In this document: positions 58,787 to 64,000 of the stretch, piece after piece
Layout: every line of letters begins with the position of its first letter
Position numbering within the stretch: the stretch's first letter is position 1
Assembly (NCBI GenBank): GCA_040954595.2
Contig: CM082598.2
Location: 372,001-436,000, forward strand
DNA: 64,000 nucleotides
Origin: Balanoglossus misakiensis
Taxonomy: Eukaryota > Animalia > Hemichordata
Reading direction: 5' to 3'
Notes under the pieces: generated by a model
What the model was told of the DNA's origin: nothing
Database searches by the model: none
The model's input: the letters and a program-made list of their open reading frames with translations, nothing else
Position numbers and translations under genes: made by a program

Positions 58787-61455
58787 TGTGCGCAGATCGT
58801 GTTGTCAATCGAGGGGGGTTTCTGTAAAACGTTGGCAAATTCAACTTAACTGCAGGTGATCGTCACCAGACCAGACTCTGAAGAGACACTGTGGAAATTG
58901 TTGATGTCTCATCACATTTATTCAATATCAGCAAACGGATGATAAAATTAACTTTATCAGCGTGAGAGTTGAGATACTCAAACAAGCTGTAGCTAGACTC
59001 TTTAAACCTTTTCCGCACAAAAAAAGAAAAGAAATTAGAGATATACATGTATGCGTCATCCTGTTTTGGCTTTTGGCCATATAAAATAACATGGTGGTCT
59101 TCAGGTTTATGGGGAACAGAATAAAGCCACCGCTCACACCGCTCAGGGCAAAACTGCCAAATATCCATTTCAGTATTAAACTGTACTGAATAATAAAACT
59201 TTGGTTCATCCCAGGTGGTCTGTAACAGTTTACTGTATTGACACAAACTCATTTCAAAAGAGTGTAATTTCAGGTGTTGTGTTCTAGACAAGAACTTTAT
59301 ATACACAAGAACTTATATACACAAATTTTCACTGACATTTCTCGAAAATATATTGTAGCACAGATCTTGGAGGTGAGCTTGATTTAAACCACAGAGGGCG
59401 CACTTCTCTTCTAATACTTGTCCATTTTATATATATCTATAGCCATAATGGTTAATTAATTGCCAACTTTGCTAAAATTTCAAGAAGCATTTTTATAGTC
59501 GTCTTCATCCAGAGTTTTCTGAAAAGTCTCGTAATTACTTAGAGAGTCTGTTTTTATTTCAGACTAATTTTACACAAATTCTCATAGTGGGAACGATTGC
59601 AGCTTGTCGAATCATTATGATATTGAAATTATCAAAATCATTGTTTGTAATTTACACTGTACCAGCTAGTACTGTCTCAATGCGACCTTGTCAACAGAAG
59701 AGCTGTTGACTAATGTAGTTTTGGCACAGTTGCACTGATATAATATAATGATGAGAACTGGTGAGGGAAACCTATACCGGTATATTGCAACCCTGATCAT
59801 AGTTGTTAATATAGTGCAGCCATGAGTGTCAGAAATTGACACGGGAAATCAAACTGCATCTGATGTCTTAAAAATAAGGGGTCGTTGCGCCGCGTTTGTT
59901 TGTTTATAATGATAACTTGATGATGACAAGTAAATCAGTCATTTATTGAAGAAAAAAAACATGAACTTTGTTCTTAGTTACCATTTTCACAGAGGCATAT
60001 TTCATTTAATGAGTATAGCGCCCCCAAGAACATGTGATCTGACAAGGAGATTACCTGTGTGTGGTTGAAACGTTGGTGATAAAGATTGTTTGAACTGTAG
60101 GCAAAGAGACTTGCTTTACTCCGAACTCTTAATATCATGATTATTTACATGTCATGTATTTGTAGTCAATGAGTGTCGCCTCAAAAAGTGGACAAAGTTT
60201 TAATTTCCTTCTTTTGGGTCAAAACAAATATATCTTTGTTGGGGGTGCCCGTTCGCATGTCCAAATTAAACTTAACTGGAGACGGGTGGGTAAGGCCTGA
60301 AAAGCAATTGGTACGTTTGTCGATGTCGTGCTCATGTTTCAATTATTCGTGCCCCCCCCCCCCCCCCCTCCCCATTCAAGACTACTCACGTTTTACTTAA
60401 CTATACACAATGGAAGGAGACAAAGACAAGTAAACCAGTATGGATATTGGGATATTGATTTGTGAGTGAGGAATAATATAGAAATGTTGAATTCTATTCC
60501 CAAGTGTCCAGATGATCTGCACCACATTGTTATTTTTGTTCACGCCTTTTAAATACTTTTGTGGCGAACGGGTGGCCAAGCTTGTTGAAACATATGTAGA
60601 TCTAAAAAGGTTTACCAGAAGACAAAGTCGGTAATTCACACTTTCATCGACACACATTGTGCTAACAGACTGTTAAGATTGTGTCTCTCAGTGACAAGTT
60701 GTAGCTGTACTGACATATGCGGGCAAACAGGACACTTTTTTCCGCTATTTTTCATTTGTCTGTATCAAAGTTTTGTTTTATATTGCTGCTTCGGCGTAAA
60801 TGTCTTGATGTACACAACACAGCTGTGATACTAATTGTCATTCTTATGTGGGATAAAAAAGTGTCCTTTCTGATTCTCCCAGTCAAGAATGTCATTTCCG
60901 GAAAACTTTCTGGTTTCCTCTCGTCATTCACCCATCTGTTTTAGACGCCATATTGACCAGATGATGTCCATATGAGATTCCTTCAGTCCAAAATATCTCT
61001 TTTAAATGGTGTTTTGCTGTCAACATTTTGGTTCCGCTTTGGTTTTGAAGTCCTCCAATATGTTTAGACGACTTATGAAAGTTGGGAAAATATCAGTATT
61101 GGCCAACAACTCTCTCATTCGTGTCCAAAGTTCATGTTTTATTCACTTTCATTATCCTCCCTTTTATACATGATGAACAAGTGAAATCATGGGATGTTGC
61201 ACATGAAATATGTTGACCAAGTTCAACTACAGAGTAATAAGTGTAACGATAATTGTTTCTAATCAAATCGTTAGTTTTTAGCTGTTGGTGCATTGATTTG
61301 ATATTTTCACAAAAATGAAAGAACAGGCAAACTGATAGCTTAAATAAAGAGATTTTTGTGTGACTTTAATTTCGCTCAGGCTAAGTAAGACTTCAACGCT
61401 CAAAAGTTCAACAATAAGCTGGAAACAGAAACACCATACCAAAAGTTGACGTCTG

Positions 61456-61624
61456 CCAATCAAAGTCATTTTTAGAGGTGTCTATTCTCCTGCAATATGC
61501 TCGGCTTCTGATTGGCTAACTCAATCCAGGGCTTCGCGTTGACGTTAGCTCCGCCTACTTATCATATTTCGGGTTGATCACTATTTATTAATTATAATTT
61601 ATTCATCGGAGTTAAGGTATATAA
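61456..61624 (+). promoter_or_regulatory. Core promoter of the thioredoxin-fold gene
   Basis: CCAAT 61456-61460, ATTGG 61511-61515, GC-box-like CTCCGCC ~61549 and TATATAA 61618-61624, about 70 bp upstream of the ATG. Confidence 0.5.
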
Positions 61625-61695
61625 TTCGCGTCTCCTAGTCTTTTCCATTCACTGGATATTTGACAAGTGATCTGAAGCGGTCTAAGTCAGACACC

Positions 61696-62646
61696 ATGTT
61701 GAAACTTTGTCTGTTTGCGCTCGTCGTGGCGTCGGTCAGCGCCAGCAGTTTCTATCAGATCCATTACCCAAGAAGCCCTTGGGGTTACCGATACAAGGAA
61801 GGCAGTCAGAATGCTCCAATCAAGATCGATATGTTTTTCGGTCTGCAATGCGAGGATGCAAGAGACTCCTATCCTATTATCAAGAATGTTGCCGATCACT
61901 ATGGTCCAGGAGTTGTTGAGCTGAACTTCCATATTTTCCCTCTCCCATACTTTTCCGGAGATTTCCTTTCATGCAAGGTGAGTTTGACTGTTAACAACTT
62001 ACTGTTTTCAATTTGAATTTTGCGTTGATTGATAAGGGCGAATTATTTCTTCCCCTTTGAACTTTGAAGAATGAGATGCAAATGGTTAAACTGTCTCTAT
62101 TCTGATTCTCTTTTCTGTCCAGGGTACCAGAGTTGTCAGCAATTTGAACCCCGAAAAGGTTGTTGATTTCATGGAAGTTGTCATGGCCAACCAATACAGA
62201 ATTGGTCGCGCCCCATGCACCGTCAGTGATCTGGAATTGATGGAATTGTTGACCGATCTGGCTGTTGAATTGGGAGTTGACCGTGACCGATTCTACGTCC
62301 AGTTTGCCAACCCACACACCACCAACCACTGCAAACAGAAGTGGAAGTCTAGCATTGCAGGTAATGTACCGATTTCTTTTTTCTGTGCTTGTCTCTTCAT
62401 TTTGGGACTTCCTCCCTCCCTCCCTGTCTGTCTGTCTGTCTGTCAGCTACCACAATTTACGGACTTGAAAAGTAACCATTGATGAATAATTTTACAGATG
62501 GCGTCTACGGATCACCATGGTTCCTGGTTAACGGTGTAACAGTCCTCAACTGGCACAAATCCTGGACTGAGGAGAACTGGAAGACCCACATCGATTATCT
62601 GATCAACCCACCACCATCTGGAGAGGTGTGTAGCTGGTTCTATTAA
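61696..62646 (+). CDS. Secreted DsbA-like thioredoxin-fold protein (Thioredoxin_4-type), 3 exons, ~222 aa
   Basis: Exons 61696-61977, 62123-62360, 62498-62646 in frame. Signal peptide MLKLCLFALVVASVSA, GSQNAPIKIDMFFGLQCEDA, FHIFPLPY, C-terminal GVYGSPWFLVNG (cis-Pro loop). AATAAA at 62691. Confidence 0.88.
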
Positions 62647-64000
62647 CAAAAAGAGTTAAAAGTATTTGAACCTTTTCTTTAAAATGTTAGAATAAATGAA
62701 AACATCTGCTATAACATATTGATTTTGGCTTTTACAGTTCACCACCCCAGGAATTATGTGGTAATTTGAAGAACGACAGAAGAGATTACGTCATTAGCAA
62801 GCGCAGATCAAGAATCCAAATCAGCCAATCGGTGACCTCGAAATTCTACAAGGTCCGCCTCATGTCACCTAGCAACAGCGACGACCAATCAGTGAAAGTG
62901 AAAGTGAATTGACATGTACATGAAATTTGAGACTTCCCTTTTGAAATATAAATGAGATTTGTTTGTAACCTGAGGACATTACAACCTCAGGCTAACAATC
63001 TGTCACTTCTTAATACGACGTCGTGATAAAATAAATGCTTTAACTGTATTTGTTCGTTGTTTCTTGTATTTTGTTCTCTGGTGTTTTACACGCATTTCAC
63101 ATTTGGGACACAAACCTAGTGATTGATGACTGATTGATCACACAAAACATATCTTGATTGAAACCCCATGAGCTGCCAAACTTCACATATTTTTTTCCAC
63201 AGTAAAGCACTTCAAATCTTCTCCCTATCCTTTAGAACCCGTAGCCTTACCATGATTGCCGCATTACATGTATTTGCACCAGTTTGTCATCTCTTGGTGC
63301 AGCATACAACGATAGCTGTGTACTGTTTGTATGGAGGCTGATTAAATCGGTGTGGCACCTGTTTAATACAGAGCGTGTTCAAATTGCAACATACAGGAAG
63401 AATCGATGGATTTTACTCGATACATGGCTTTGGTAGACATGTTCCTCTGGTCAGATTTTGTCATGATTGGCCTTGATGGGTTTTTGATTTTTGGCCAAAG
63501 TTCTTCACTTGTAAGTTCCTGGTCAGTCAGATTTGAGGGACTGTGGTCAGATTCTGTGCTGTATACATCAGACTCACTGATAAGCAATTTCATTGGACGG
63601 GTATATTATGGTCAAATGTAACATCAGACCTGATTGGCTGCCTGCTCATTTTTCTCAACTTAGTGTGACATATTTGGAGATTTGATTGCATGATTGTATT
63701 TGTTAATGACTTTATCACATGATGGATGTGCAAGTGTTGAAAAATCTTTACCGCAATTTCGAGACCTTTTTTTCATAACCACGGTGGTCTTAAAACCAAT
63801 AAAACCACTATTTAGTTAATAATCAAGCAATCAGCGCCTAATGGCAAAGCGGACTGACGACACTCTTTCAAAGTTGGCCTTCATTGAACTGGAGACCTAT
63901 AGCCTTCGAAGTAATCTTACAGTTACAGGCTCAAGTATTTACATGTACATAATATGATGGATATGCAATTAAAAATTATTTTCATGTACCACGTGAACAT

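Noticed and set aside
60500-61170. Coding-looking - strand stretches between the thioredoxin paralogs
   Set aside because: Frames are short and interrupted; no recognisable homology.

Overview
AT-rich, intron-rich animal genomic DNA. It looks like a marine invertebrate (deuterostome-like), but the species cannot be fixed from sequence alone. Bases 1-23166 show no recognisable coding exon and are most simply a very long upstream intron of a + strand PDE3 (cGMP-inhibited phosphodiesterase) gene. Its last 12 coding exons (23167-29336) splice in frame. Convergent with it on the - strand is a complete 19-exon gene (50891-34293) for a ~3727-aa type-I membrane protein: signal peptide, small beta-rich N-domain, a 7.2-kb single-exon disordered stalk, 10 TSP1 repeats, Ig, EGF, TM, and a Tyr-motif tail containing EPIYA. 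It lies head-to-head with a 4-exon TMEM135-like gene (51423-53512). A 3-exon secreted DsbA/thioredoxin-fold gene lies at 61696-62646, with a divergent exon-1-only paralog at 58786-58505. Orphan exons from unrelated genes sit at both edges of the receptor/TMEM135 block: an M1 aminopeptidase exon, a secreted PLA2 terminal exon and two Ca-binding EGF exons. Introns carry TTAA-flanked and TA-flanked MITEs, an 80-bp perfect hairpin element with a 9-bp TSD, an L2/CR1 3' end and microsatellites. All gene models were read by eye from splice sites and phases. No database searches were run.
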